64,000 nt of DNA from an uncultured Candidatus Rokubacteria bacterium. GTDB taxonomy: Bacteria; Methylomirabilota; Methylomirabilia; Rokubacteriales; CSP1-6. The notes beneath the pieces are model-generated. The model was not told the origin of the DNA and searched no databases. It saw nothing but the letters and a program-made list of their open reading frames with translations. Positions 10,238 to 20,147 of this stretch are shown here, in pieces. Numbering within the stretch: the stretch's first letter is position 1; the number at the start of each line of letters is the position of its first letter. The stretch is taken from contig CAVXJS010000007.1 of assembly GCA_963762145.1 (NCBI GenBank), forward strand, positions 192,001 to 256,000. Direction: 5' to 3'. The position numbers and the translations under genes are program-made.

Positions 10238-10567
10238 GTGGCTCATTACGTCATGCTGAGTTCGCTGAGCGAGGCCGGCCGCAAGGTGATCCATGCCCGG
10301 CCCGGCTGGATCCGCAAGGTCAACCGTGAGCTGTCCCGCCGCGGCGCCCGGGTGATCGCCCAGTACGCGGTGCTCGGCCCGTACGACTTCGTGACGGTCC
10401 TGGAGGCGCCCGACAACGAGACCGTCTCGTCCATTTCCATCGAGATGGGCGCGCGCGGCTCGGTCCAGATGATGACGATGCCCGCGATTCCCCTCGACAC
10501 CTTCATCAGTCGCCTCGAGCGCAGCCGCTCCGCGCCGGGACGGAAAGGGAAGCGTCGCCGATCGTGA
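10238..10567 (+). CDS. GYD domain protein
   Basis: QYAVLGPYDFVTVLEAPD; GAGGAGG RBS before GTG. Confidence 0.8.
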   Translation: MAHYVMLSSLSEAGRKVIHARPGWIRKVNRELSRRGARVIAQYAVLGPYDFVTVLEAPDNETVSSISIEMGARGSVQMMTMPAIPLDTFISRLERSRSAPGRKGKRRRS

Positions 10568-11037
10568 AAGTCCTCGCGCTCCACCCCGAGAAGTGCACCG
10601 GCTGTCTGCGGTGCGAGCTGGCCTGCTCCTACATGCAGACCGGTCTCTTCCAGCCGTCCAAGTCGGTGATCCGGGTCTCGCCCTTCGAGGGTTACACGTC
10701 CTACGCGCCGTACACGTGCACCCAGTGCGCGGAGGGCTGGTGCATGACCGCCTGCCCGGTGGGAGCGATCCAGATCAACGCGGCGGGCGCCAAGGACGTG
10801 ATGGACGACACCTGCGTGGGGTGCAAGCTCTGTACGATCGCCTGCCCCTACGGCACCATGTTCTACGACGGCGACACCCAGAAGGCCTACAAGTGCAACC
10901 TCTGTGGCGGCGCGCCCGCGTGCGCCTCCGCCTGCCCGACCGAGGCGATCACCTTCGAGGACGTGGAGACGGCCGACTGGATCGGGGATTTCGCGGCCGA
11001 GCGCACCGCCCGCGTGCTCGCGGTGGAGGCCCGCTGA
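10564..11037 (+). CDS. 4Fe-4S polyferredoxin subunit (AorA-like)
   Basis: Four Cys clusters: CTGCLRCELAC, CTQC..CMTACP, CVGCKLCTIACP, CNLC..CASACP. Confidence 0.9.
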   Translation: MKVLALHPEKCTGCLRCELACSYMQTGLFQPSKSVIRVSPFEGYTSYAPYTCTQCAEGWCMTACPVGAIQINAAGAKDVMDDTCVGCKLCTIACPYGTMFYDGDTQKAYKCNLCGGAPACASACPTEAITFEDVETADWIGDFAAERTARVLAVEAR

Positions 11038-12390
11038 TGCCCGCCCGTCACCTGATCGTCGGCGGCGGCACCGCGGGGCTGAACGCGATCCGGACGATTA
11101 GAGAGGAAGAACGGTTGATCGGCATGGATGCCTCCGAGATCACCCTGGTCTCGGCCGAGCGGCCCTATTCCCGGATGGTCCTGCCCTATTACCTCTGGGG
11201 CACCATCTCCGAGAGCCATGTGTATACTGCGCCGCCGGCGTCACTGACCGCCTGGAAGGTGAAGGCCCTGGTCGGACGGAAGGCCAAGGCCCTCGACCCG
11301 GCCGCCCGGACCCTCACCCTGGACGACGACGCGAAGGTGGAGTTCGACGACTGTCTGATCGCCACCGGCTCGCGGGCCGCCAAGGCGCCCATCCCGGGGG
11401 CCGACGGTCCCGGGATCCACTGCTTCTGGACGCTGGACGAGGCCAAGGACGTGGTGGCCGGCATCGCGCCGGGCAGCCGCGTGGTCATGGTCGGGGCCGG
11501 GTTCATCGCGTTCACGATCCTCAACGCGATCCTGGCCCGCGGGGCCAAGCTCACGATCGTGGAGGTGGCGCCGCGCATCCTGCCGCGCATGGTCGACGAC
11601 GCGTGCGCGGGCATCGTGCAGGGATGGCTCGAGGCCCACGGCGTGGCGGTGCGTACCGGCGCCACCGTGACGAAGATCGAGCAGGCCGGCGGCAAGCGGA
11701 AGCTCTCCTTCAAGAAGGGCGAGCCGCTCACCGCGGACCTCGTGATCATGGCCACCGGCATCCGCACCAATCTCGAGTGGCTCGAAGGCTCGGGCATCGA
11801 GACGGCCCGCGAAGCCCCCGGCGGGATCATCGTGGACGACCACCTGCGCTCGAGCGTCAAGACCGTGTACGCGGCGGGCGACGTGGCGCGCGGGCGCAAC
11901 CTGATCACCGGCGCGGCCGAGGTGCACGCCATCGAGCCGACCGCCCAGGAGCACGGGCGGGTGGTCGGCGCCAACATGGCGGGCCGCGACGTGGCCTATC
12001 GCGGCAGCCTGCTCATGAACATCGTCGAGGTCGCGCATCTGGACGTGGCCTCGTTCGGCCAGTGGGAGGATCCGAAGGCCGAGGTCTACACCGCGCTGCG
12101 CGCCGGCCGCTCGGAGTACCGCAAGCTGCTCTTCCACGGCGGGCGGCTCGACCGGCGCGGTCATCTGCGGGCCCGCGGAGGCGGTGTGGACGACCAACGA
12201 CGTCGGCATGCTGAAGGGCCTCGTCTACTCGGGGGTGGATCTCTCGACCTGGAAGGCGCACCTCCAGAAGAACCCGTTCGACGTCAAGCCCGCGTTCATC
12301 GCGCTCCACACGACCTCGCGGCTGCTGCCTCAGACCATCCTGGGCCGGCCCTCTCAATCACCCCAGCTGCCCCAAACGGTGGCCCTATGA
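11037..12390 (+). CDS. FAD/NAD(P)-dependent oxidoreductase (AorC-like); one frameshift near 12150
   Basis: IVGGGTAG, LIATGS, VGAGFIA, VYAAGDVA; C-terminus continues in ORF 12184..12390. Confidence 0.85.
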
Positions 12391-14297
12391 GCCCGACCGC
12401 GACCACGACCCGCGCTGCCGCCAAGCCCGCGGCGGCGCCGATCTACGCCTACGCCGGCAAGCTCCTTCGCGTGAACCTGTCGACCGGCAAGACCTGGACC
12501 GAGGCCTGGAGCGAAGCTGACCGGCGCGAGTACCTCGGCGGCATCGGGCTCGGCGCCAAGATCCTCTACGACGAGGTCGGCCCCAAGGTGCAGTGGGACC
12601 ACCCCGACAACCGCTTCATCATGGCCACCGGTCCGCTGGCCGGCCTGCCGGTGTGGGGGACGGGCGGGCTCACCGTCATCACCCGCGGCGCGCTGACCGG
12701 CGGCGCCACGTCCACTCAGGCCAACGGCTTCTTCGGCGCCGCGCTCAAGTACTCGGGCTACGACGCGATCGTGATGCAGGGGCAGGCCAAGAAGCTCTCC
12801 TACCTCTATATCAACGACGACGTGGTCGAGGTGCGCGACGCGGCCCACCTGGCCGGCAAGGACACGTGGGAGACCCAGCAGGCGCTCGAGACCGAGCACG
12901 GGCTCTCCGGCCACCGGCTCTCGGTCTACGCCATCGGCCCCGCGGGGGAGAACCTGGTGCGCTTCGCGGCCATCCACGGCGACTACGGGCACGTGGCCTC
13001 CAAGAACGGCTGCGGCGCGGTGATGGGCAAGAAGAAGCTCAAGGCGGTGTGCATCGTGCGCGGCACCAAGGCGCTGGCCGCCCACGACGCCCGCGGGCTC
13101 ATCCAGGTGGCCGACGACATCGCGCACGACCTCAAGACGGACCCGTCGACCTCCACGCTCTACAACCTGGGTACGCTCCCGGGCGTGGTGAACCTCTCGA
13201 AGCTCGGGGCGCTGCCGATCAAGAACTACACGACCAATCTCACCGGCGACGTGGACATGAAGGAGTGGGAGGGCCGGAAGCTCCGCGAGGGCTTCGACCA
13301 CCGTGGGCATCAGTGCAACGCCTGCGGCATGCGTCACTGCCACATCCAGGTGATCCCGAGCGGCCCGCACGCGGGTGACCGCGTCGACGAGCCCGAGTAC
13401 GAGGGCTGGTCGGGCGCGGGCTGGACCATCGGCCTCACCGAGAAGGTCCCGGTCTCCTGGCTGAACACGCAGATCGACCGGGCCTGCGTCGACGTCAACG
13501 AGTTCGGCTGGGTCTGCGGCTGGGTGATGGAGTGCATGGAGAAGGGGTATCTCACCGAGAAGCAGGTGGGCTTCCGCCTCACGTGGGGCGACGTCGAGGG
13601 CGCCAACAAGCTCCTCCAGATGATCAGCCACCGGCAGGGCTTCGGCGACATCTTGGCCGAGGGGGTCAAGCGCGCCTCCGAGAAGATCGGGGGCAAGGCG
13701 GCCGAGTGTGCGGTTTACACCATGAAGGGCGCCTCCCCGCGCGGCCACGATCACCGTGGGCGGTGGGAAGAGATGCTCGACACGTGCACGTCGTCCAACG
13801 GGACGATGGAGAGCGCCAACCCCACGTTCCAGACCGAGGTCGGCGCCCCCGGCCGCATCAATCCCTTCGACGGCGAGCAGGTGGCCAAGCTGGTCGGCAT
13901 GATCCGCGGCCGGCGCCACTTCGAGGACTCGCTGGGCGGCTGCTCGTTCACCTTCCGCACCCGGATGGCCAATCTGGCGAGCGCGCTCTCCGCCGCGACC
14001 GGCTGGGACTTTCGTCTGAAGGACGCGGTGCGCTTCGGCAATCGCACCGCCGCGATCCTGCGCGCCTTCAACCTCCGCTGCGGAATCGGCACCGAGGTCG
14101 AGTACCCATCGGCCCGCTACGGCTCGCAGCCGGTCGACGGCCCGGCCAAGGAGCACGACGTTCGCAAGCACTGGGACCGGATGCTCGAGGTCTGGTACGA
14201 GACGGTCAACTACGACCGCAAGACCGGCAAGCCCAAGCGGGACCTCTTGCGCTCGCTCGACCTCGGTTGGCTCGAAAAAGACCTCTACCGGAAGTAG
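12387..14297 (+). CDS. Aldehyde:ferredoxin oxidoreductase family (tungstopterin) catalytic subunit
   Basis: GKLLRVNLS, IGPAGENLVRFAAI, GAVMGKKKLKA, CNAC..C, PEYE, DSLGGC. Confidence 0.9.
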   Translation: MSPTATTTRAAAKPAAAPIYAYAGKLLRVNLSTGKTWTEAWSEADRREYLGGIGLGAKILYDEVGPKVQWDHPDNRFIMATGPLAGLPVWGTGGLTVITRGALTGGATSTQANGFFGAALKYSGYDAIVMQGQAKKLSYLYINDDVVEVRDAAHLAGKDTWETQQALETEHGLSGHRLSVYAIGPAGENLVRFAAIHGDYGHVASKNGCGAVMGKKKLKAVCIVRGTKALAAHDARGLIQVADDIAHDLKTDPSTSTLYNLGTLPGVVNLSKLGALPIKNYTTNLTGDVDMKEWEGRKLREGFDHRGHQCNACGMRHCHIQVIPSGPHAGDRVDEPEYEGWSGAGWTIGLTEKVPVSWLNTQIDRACVDVNEFGWVCGWVMECMEKGYLTEKQVGFRLTWGDVEGANKLLQMISHRQGFGDILAEGVKRASEKIGGKAAECAVYTMKGASPRGHDHRGRWEEMLDTCTSSNGTMESANPTFQTEVGAPGRINPFDGEQVAKLVGMIRGRRHFEDSLGGCSFTFRTRMANLASALSAATGWDFRLKDAVRFGNRTAAILRAFNLRCGIGTEVEYPSARYGSQPVDGPAKEHDVRKHWDRMLEVWYETVNYDRKTGKPKRDLLRSLDLGWLEKDLYRK

Positions 14298-14320
14298 ACG
14301 GCAGAGTGCCGCAGTTGTCT

Positions 14321-14354
14321 GGCGAGGCGCAGCCGAAGGCGAGCCGAGCGAATA
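14321..14354 (+). repeat. Dispersed 34-bp repeat, copy 1 (intergenic)
   Basis: GGCGAGGCGCAGCCGAAGGCGAGCCGAGCGAATA matches the reverse complement of 40292-40325 at 32/34 positions. Confidence 0.8.
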
Positions 14355-14659
14355 TGCAATCCCGAGCGCACATAGAAGTCACCACGTGGGTGACCAAGCA
14401 CGTGGGGGGCGACGGCACCGGCAGCAAGCAGTTCGACGAGGCGATCGGGCGAGGGGATACCCCGCGGACCGTGTTGCGCCGCTTCACCCACCGCTTCCCC
14501 GAGCTCGACTCGGCCCTCTGGAGTCCCGACCACTCCGAGCTCGGCTCGCACATCGAGGTCGTCGTCAACGACGAGGTGCTGGGCGTCGCCTACGATCTGG
14601 ACACGCCCCTGACCGGCGGCGAGCGCATCACGCTGCTCGGCCAGTTCATGGGCGGCTAG
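14354..14659 (+). CDS. MoaD/ThiS sulfur-carrier protein
   Basis: About 100 aa, VVVN...LDTPL..GE, C-terminal GG; follows the AOR gene. Confidence 0.85.
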   Translation: MQSRAHIEVTTWVTKHVGGDGTGSKQFDEAIGRGDTPRTVLRRFTHRFPELDSALWSPDHSELGSHIEVVVNDEVLGVAYDLDTPLTGGERITLLGQFMGG

Positions 14660-14680
14660 GGACGCGCGGGCCGCTTCAAC

Positions 14681-15016
14681 ATGAGCGAAGCACCGCGGGG
14701 ATTCGCCTGTGACCTCGGAGCACTGAGCGCAGACGAGCGCGCTCGGCGGTCGACCCTCGCGTCTCGGGTGTTTGCTCGCTTCCGGGAGGTGCGGGAGCTG
14801 GGGGATGGCTACGCGGGCTGCCTCGATCCGGACCCCGCGATCGTCCGGGACGCGCTCGACTGGCTGCTCCTGGAGCGCCGCTGCTGTCCGTTTCTGCGGC
14901 TCGAGCTTTCCTTCGAGCCGGCCCCCGGGCCGGTCTGGATGCGGTTCGAGGGCGGCTCCGGGGTCAAGGAGTTCCTTGCCTCGGCCGGCTTGAAGGTCTC
15001 TCCTCCCACCCGCTAG
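14681..15016 (+). CDS. Small hypothetical protein with ERRCCPF motif (putative metal-binding)
   Basis: ACDL...LLERRCCPFL resembles Cys-Cys domains seen near metal-resistance regulators. Confidence 0.6.
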   Translation: MSEAPRGFACDLGALSADERARRSTLASRVFARFREVRELGDGYAGCLDPDPAIVRDALDWLLLERRCCPFLRLELSFEPAPGPVWMRFEGGSGVKEFLASAGLKVSPPTR

Positions 15017-16179
15017 CTCTCGCGGAGCACGCCCTCCAGCAGCGCGAGCATCCGGTCGATCTCCTCGCGCGAGACATTGAGCGCGGGCATGAACCGCAGC
15101 GAGTCCGGGCGCGGTGCGTTGATCAGCAGGCCGCGGTCCATCGCGCTGCGGGCCACCTTGCCCGCATCCTTACCCTTGAGCTCCAACGCCAGGAGAAGAC
15201 CCCGCCCGCGCACCTCGCCGTGCCCGAGGGCGGTCGAGAGCGCCCGCAGCCGGTCGGCCAGGTACGCGCCCTTGGCGGTGACGTCGGCGAGGAACTCGGG
15301 CCGCCGCACGGTCTCGACCACCGCGGAGCCGATGGCGGCCATCAGCGGGGAGCCGTTGAAGGTGCCGCCCTGGTCGCCGAACTCGAAGCAGCACACGGGC
15401 TCCGCCGCGACGAGGGCGGCCAGCGGCACGCCGCCGCCCAGCCCCTTGCCGAGCGTGAGGATGTCGGGCTCGACGCCGGCGTGCTCGAAGCCGAAGAAGC
15501 GGCCGGTGCGCCCGATGCCGGTCTGGATCTCGTCGAGGATCAGCAGCAGCCCTTCATGGCGGGTGAGGGCCCGCAGCCCGCGCAGGAAGACGTCCTCCGC
15601 CAGGTAGACGCCCGCCTCGCCCTGGATGGGCTCGAGCATGATCCCGACCGTCTGCGGCGTGATCGCGCGCTTCACCGCGTCGAGATCGCCGAGCGGCACC
15701 TTGGTGAAGCCCGAGACCTTGGGCTCGAAGAGCCCCTCCCACGCCGACTTGCCCGACGCGGCCATCGTGGCCAGGGTGCGGCCGTGGAAGCCGTGATCCA
15801 TCGTGATGATGTGGTAGGCCCCGTCGCGGTGGCGCGCGCCCCACTTCCGCGCGAGCTTGATCGCCCCCTCGTTGGCCTCGGCGCCCGAGTTGCAGAAGAA
15901 GACCTGGGCGAGCCCGGAGGCGTGCGTGAGCAGGGTGGCGAGCCGCGCCATCTCCGCGTTGTAGTACGCGGGGCTGCAGTTGATCAGGCGGCGCGCCTGG
16001 AAGGCGATCGTCTCCGCGATGATCTCGGGGGTGTGGCCGAGGCAGTTCACCGCCCAGCCCTGCACGAAGTCGAGGTAGCGCTTGCCCTCCTCGTCCTCGA
16101 GCCAGGAGCCGTGGCCCTCCACCATCACGACCGGGGGCCGATCCGCCACCTTCATCACCGCGGTCAGATCCGTGCTCAT
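15013..16179 (-). CDS. argD: Acetylornithine aminotransferase
   Basis: FFCNSGAEANE, FHGRT, EPIQGE, DEIQTG, GKGLGGG; in operon with argR. Confidence 0.92.
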   Translation of the reverse strand: MSTDLTAVMKVADRPPVVMVEGHGSWLEDEEGKRYLDFVQGWAVNCLGHTPEIIAETIAFQARRLINCSPAYYNAEMARLATLLTHASGLAQVFFCNSGAEANEGAIKLARKWGARHRDGAYHIITMDHGFHGRTLATMAASGKSAWEGLFEPKVSGFTKVPLGDLDAVKRAITPQTVGIMLEPIQGEAGVYLAEDVFLRGLRALTRHEGLLLILDEIQTGIGRTGRFFGFEHAGVEPDILTLGKGLGGGVPLAALVAAEPVCCFEFGDQGGTFNGSPLMAAIGSAVVETVRRPEFLADVTAKGAYLADRLRALSTALGHGEVRGRGLLLALELKGKDAGKVARSAMDRGLLINAPRPDSLRFMPALNVSREEIDRMLALLEGVLRES

Positions 16180-16664
16180 GCCATTCTCTCCAGTTGGGGT
16201 TGGCCGTTGCCGTCCGCCACGGCGGGACGCTCGGCGCGCCGCTCCATGAGCCGGTCCGGGTAACGCGCGTCGCGGAAGCCGTGCCGGCGGTACAGCCCCT
16301 GCGCGTCCCGCGTGAACAGGGTCCAGAGGCGCAGATTCTGGAGCTCGGGATGGCTCGTGATGCAGGCCATGATCCGGTTGCCCACACCCCGGCCGCGGTG
16401 GCCGTCCAGCACGAAGACGTCGCAGACGTAGGCGAACGTCGCGCGGTCGCTGATGACGCGCGCGAACCCCACCTGGCGGCCGCCGTCGAAGGCGCCGAAG
16501 CAGATCGAGTGGCGGATGGACCGCTCCATGACGTCCCGGGAAATCCCGGCGGCCCAGTAGGACGTCCCGGCGAGGAAGGCGTGGATCGTGTCCAGGTCGA
16601 GCCGCGCCGGATCCGTCGTGACCAGGATGCCGCCGTCATACCGCTCGTGGGGCACGGCGCTCAC
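16176..16664 (-). CDS. GNAT family N-acetyltransferase
   Basis: VGFARVISD..FAYVCDVFV..HRGRGVG, LYRRHGF. Confidence 0.85.
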   Translation of the reverse strand: MSAVPHERYDGGILVTTDPARLDLDTIHAFLAGTSYWAAGISRDVMERSIRHSICFGAFDGGRQVGFARVISDRATFAYVCDVFVLDGHRGRGVGNRIMACITSHPELQNLRLWTLFTRDAQGLYRRHGFRDARYPDRLMERRAERPAVADGNGQPQLERMA

Positions 16665-17152
16665 GCTCCTTTCCTCGCGCCGAGGGGAGCGCGCAGGCGC
16701 CGCTCGAGGAGCCGGGCCGCGGCGGGTCCGGAGGCGGCCACGAACACCGTGTCGTCGCCCGCGATGGTGCCGACCACCTCGGGCAGGTCGGCCTCGTCGA
16801 GGACGCGGGCGAGGGGATGGGCTCCCGCGGGCGGCGTGCGCACCACCACGAGCGAGGCGGCGGCGCGCACCGACAGCACGAACTCGCCCACCGCCCGGTC
16901 GAGCGCGCTCCGCCGCGTCTCGGGAGGCACGAAGGCGCCCGCGGGGGTGGTCACGTAGCCGGTCGGGGTCTTGGCGAGCCCGAGCGTCTTGAGGTCCCGG
17001 GAGAGGGTGGGCTGGGCGACCGCGATACCGCGGCGCCGGAGCCGGCGCTGGAGCTCCTCCTGCGAGCGGACCCCGCCCCGGTCCACGAGGGCGAGGATCT
17101 CGCGCCGCCGCCGGCCGGTCTCGCCGCCTTCCGACGCATATATATTTTTCAT
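16661..17152 (-). CDS. argR: Arginine repressor
   Basis: SQEEL, QPTLSRDL, GTIAGDDT. Confidence 0.92.
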   Translation of the reverse strand: MKNIYASEGGETGRRRREILALVDRGGVRSQEELQRRLRRRGIAVAQPTLSRDLKTLGLAKTPTGYVTTPAGAFVPPETRRSALDRAVGEFVLSVRAAASLVVVRTPPAGAHPLARVLDEADLPEVVGTIAGDDTVFVAASGPAAARLLERRLRAPLGARKGA

Positions 17153-17190
17153 GGTGAATATTAATACACCGAGGAGACGGGGAGGGTCAA
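17133..17190 (-). promoter_or_regulatory. ARG box operator overlapping a sigma70-like promoter of argR
   Basis: AT-rich near-palindrome GGTGTATTAATATTCACC (17170-17153), a weaker adjacent box over the start codon, and TTGACC at 17190-17185. Confidence 0.7.
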
Positions 17191-17249
17191 GCGCGATCTT
17201 GCGGGGCCCGGTTGCGCCGGCGGCGCGGGCGGGGTAGCGTGGCCGCGCG

Positions 17250-17822
17250 ATGTCTCGACGCGCGTGGATGTGGGGCGTGCCGGGTGCGGTGCTGGTGGTG
17301 GCCGCCCTCGGCTTCTTTTACGTCACGTCCACGCCACGCTACGCGCTGTACAGTCTCGGGATAGCCACCCAGCGCCACGACGTGGCGGCCGCCGAGCGCT
17401 ACTTCGACGTGGAGCGGATCGCGGACGCCGCCGCGGACGTGATCGTGGCCGACTACCTCGCGCGCCAGCCCGCGCCCACCACCGCCGCCGAGTCGAACGG
17501 GCGCCAGCTCCTCGGCAGCATCGTCAAGCGCCGCGTGCGGCCGCAGGTGATCACGCGGGTGCGGCAGGAGATCCGGCGCAGCGTGGAGCGGGCCGGAGTC
17601 CACGCGACCTCGCTCATGCTCCCGATCGGCGTGCTCGCGGTCCTCCGGGGCTTCGAGGTGTCGAGCGCCGGGCCCGACGTCTGGGTCACCTACCGCGACC
17701 CGGTCCAGGGCCCCGTCCGCTTCCGGATGGGCCGCCAGGCCGACGGGGGCTGGCAGATCCGCGAGTTCGATCCGGAGTGGGTGCGCCGCCGGGTGCACGA
17801 GGAGCCGGCGCGGATCCGCTAG
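17250..17822 (+). CDS. DUF2939-like membrane-anchored protein
   Basis: N-terminal TM followed by TPRYALYSL...D...YFDV pattern. Confidence 0.6.
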   Translation: MSRRAWMWGVPGAVLVVAALGFFYVTSTPRYALYSLGIATQRHDVAAAERYFDVERIADAAADVIVADYLARQPAPTTAAESNGRQLLGSIVKRRVRPQVITRVRQEIRRSVERAGVHATSLMLPIGVLAVLRGFEVSSAGPDVWVTYRDPVQGPVRFRMGRQADGGWQIREFDPEWVRRRVHEEPARIR

Positions 17823-19971
17823 GCCGCTCCGCGATCAGGGCGGTCACCACGTTCCGGAGGAGCCGGAGCCCCACGTCGCCCTCGAGCGACATGATGGACT
17901 CCGGATGGAACTGGACCGCGGCCAGCGGCAGGTGCGCGTGCTCCACCGCCATCACGATCCCGTCGTCGCTCTCCGCGGTCACCTCCAGGGCAGCGGGGAG
18001 CTTCTCGCGGAGCGCGAAGAGGGAGTGGTAGCGGCCCGCGGTGAACTCGCCGGGGAGCCCGGCGAAGAGCCGCCCCCCGCGAACCCGGATGCGCGAGGCC
18101 TTGCCGTGCATCGGGTAGTCGAGCACGCCGAGCTCGCCGCCCAGGTGCTCCACGATGCCCTGCAGCCCCAGGCAGACCCCGAAGGTGGGGATCCCGCGCT
18201 CGAGCATCGCCTTGAGCGTGCCCGACAGATCGAAGTCGCCCGGAGTGCCTGGACCGGGCGAGAGCACGACCAGATCGGGCCGCACCTCGTCGAGCACGCT
18301 CGACGGAAAGCCGGCCCGCCGCGTCGTCACCTCGGCGCCGGTCTGACGGAGATAGTTCGCCAGCGTGTGGACGAACGAGTCCTGATGGTCCACCAGGAGG
18401 ACGCGGCGTCCCGCGCCTTCGCCCCGCAGCTCCACCCGCGTGCCCGCCGCCACGCCGCGGGGCCGCCGCAGGGCGTCGAGGAACGCGGAGGCCTTGAGAC
18501 GCGTCTCCTCTTCCTCCGCGTCGGGGTCGGAGTCGTAGAGCAGGGTGGCCCCGGCGCGCACCTCGGCCGCGCCGTCCTTGACCCGGATGGTGCGGAGGGT
18601 GAGCCCGGTATTGAGGTTGCCGTCGAAGCCCAGGAGCCCGACCGCGCCGCCGTACCAGGCGCGGGGCGACCGCTCGTGGTCCTCGATGAACTGCATGGCC
18701 CAGGCCTTCGGCGCGCCGGTGACGGTGACCGCCCACGTGTGCGCGAGGAAGGCGTCGAGCGCGTCGAAGCCGGGACGCAGGCGCCCCTCCACGTGGTCCA
18801 CGGTGTGGATGAGCCGCGCGTACATCTCGATCTGGCGGCGGCCGATCACCCGCACGCTGCCCGGCACGCAGATACGCGACTTGTCGTTGCGGTCCACGTC
18901 GGTGCACATCGTGAGCTCGGACTCGTCCTTGGCCGAGTTGAGCAGCGCCTGGATCTGCGCCGCGTCGGCGATCGCGTCGAGGCCGCGCGCGATCGTGCCC
19001 GAGATCGGGCAGGTCTCGACCCGATCGCCGTCCACGCGCACGTACATCTCGGGGGACGCGCCCACCAGGTACTCCGCGTCCCCGAGGTTCATCAGGAACC
19101 CGTAGGGCGCGGGGTTGCGCTCGCGCAGGCGGCGGAAGAGCTCCGACGGGGGCGAGGGGCAGGGCTCGAAGAAGGTCTGGCCGGGCACCACCTCGAAGAG
19201 ATCGCCGCGCTTGAAGGCCTCGCGGGCCACGCGCACGACCGCCGCGTAGGCGCCGGGCTCGTGATCGCCCGCGCGCGGCACGGCGGCGGCGCCCTCGAAC
19301 GGGCGGGTGGCGGTCCCCTCGCGGGGCAGGCCGGCGGTGGCGCGGCCGCCCGCCTCGAAGTCGTAGCGGCGCCGCTGGGCCACCTCGCGGCGATGATCCA
19401 CGATGATCAGCTCGTCCGGGAGGTAGAGGACCAGGTCGCGCTGATCGGCGGGGCGCGGCAGGCGCGCGCGGATCGGCTCGAACTGGAACGCGAGATCGTA
19501 GCCGAAGGCGCCGTAGAGCCCGAGGTGCGGCTCCTCGGCGTGCCGGAAGACCTCGATCAGCGCCCGGAGCGGCGAGAACACCGAGGGCTGGCGGCTCCGG
19601 TCTTCCTCCGCGAAGACGGCCGTCGGTGGGCGCACCGTCACCGCGACCGCGTCGGCCGTCCGCTCGAAGCCCTCGATCTGATCGAGGCCCTGGAGCGCCT
19701 GGGCGACGGCGGGGAGCAGGACCAGGCCGCGGGGGTTCAGAGCCTCGGCGCGGAGCCGGCGCCCGCGGGCCACGAGGACGAGCGGCGGATCCACGAACCC
19801 CATGTCCCAGCGGGTGTAGCGGCCGGGGTACTCGTAGCTCGACGCGAGCAGCACGCCGCGGCGCGCGTCGAGGGCGTCCACGATCGGCTCGATGGCGTTC
19901 GCCATCGGGAGCGGCTCCACCGTGCGGTGGACGCGGATGCTCCCACCCGTGAGGTAGCTGTCACTGGTCAT
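17686..19971 (-). CDS. trpE: Fused anthranilate synthase TrpE(G); true 3' end probably near 17820
   Basis: SSYEYPGRYTRWD, GDLFEVVP, CTDVDRNDK, TGAPK, then GATase DSFVHTL, GVCLG, QFHPES. Confidence 0.92.
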   Translation of the reverse strand: MTSDSYLTGGSIRVHRTVEPLPMANAIEPIVDALDARRGVLLASSYEYPGRYTRWDMGFVDPPLVLVARGRRLRAEALNPRGLVLLPAVAQALQGLDQIEGFERTADAVAVTVRPPTAVFAEEDRSRQPSVFSPLRALIEVFRHAEEPHLGLYGAFGYDLAFQFEPIRARLPRPADQRDLVLYLPDELIIVDHRREVAQRRRYDFEAGGRATAGLPREGTATRPFEGAAAVPRAGDHEPGAYAAVVRVAREAFKRGDLFEVVPGQTFFEPCPSPPSELFRRLRERNPAPYGFLMNLGDAEYLVGASPEMYVRVDGDRVETCPISGTIARGLDAIADAAQIQALLNSAKDESELTMCTDVDRNDKSRICVPGSVRVIGRRQIEMYARLIHTVDHVEGRLRPGFDALDAFLAHTWAVTVTGAPKAWAMQFIEDHERSPRAWYGGAVGLLGFDGNLNTGLTLRTIRVKDGAAEVRAGATLLYDSDPDAEEEETRLKASAFLDALRRPRGVAAGTRVELRGEGAGRRVLLVDHQDSFVHTLANYLRQTGAEVTTRRAGFPSSVLDEVRPDLVVLSPGPGTPGDFDLSGTLKAMLERGIPTFGVCLGLQGIVEHLGGELGVLDYPMHGKASRIRVRGGRLFAGLPGEFTAGRYHSLFALREKLPAALEVTAESDDGIVMAVEHAHLPLAAVQFHPESIMSLEGDVGLRLLRNVVTALIAERPSGSAPAPRAPGGAPTPDRTRGSASPRRPGGPSGSGRGPGPGRGR

Positions 19972-20020
19972 GGCCGCAATCTCCTCTCTCCTGAGGAGCC
20001 GGCTCCCAGGCGGGGGCGAG

Positions 20021-20054
20021 AAAACACAGAAGCCGCCCCAGCGTGGGGGCGGCT
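20021..20054 (-). terminator. trp attenuator intrinsic terminator
   Basis: 9-bp stem AGCCGCCCC/GGGGCGGCT followed on the minus strand by TCTGTGTTTT, between the leader peptide and trpE. Confidence 0.8.
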
Positions 20055-20099
20055 CCGGTCTCGCCTAATCGCGCGCGCGCTGGCCGGCGGGCCCACCCC

Positions 20100-20147
20100 T
20101 CAGGGGCAGGGCCACCACCAGGACCAGGCCACGGCAACGCGCGTCAT
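20100..20147 (-). CDS. trpL: Trp leader peptide MTRVAVAWSWWWPCP
   Basis: 15-codon ORF with 4 Trp codons (three consecutive) upstream of the terminator and trpE. Confidence 0.88.
   Translation of the reverse strand: MTRVAVAWSWWWPCP

Noticed and set aside
10593-14297. Apparent 1234-aa FAD oxidoreductase-AOR fusion
   Set aside because: An extra base near 12150 shifts the FAD gene into the AOR frame. Its real C-terminus ends at 12390 with an ATGA overlap onto the AOR start.
17686-17822. TrpE(G) C-terminal extension overlapping the convergent gene by 137 bp
   Set aside because: Low-complexity tail after the GATase domain ends, with a TAG one frame off near 17820. Likely an indel.
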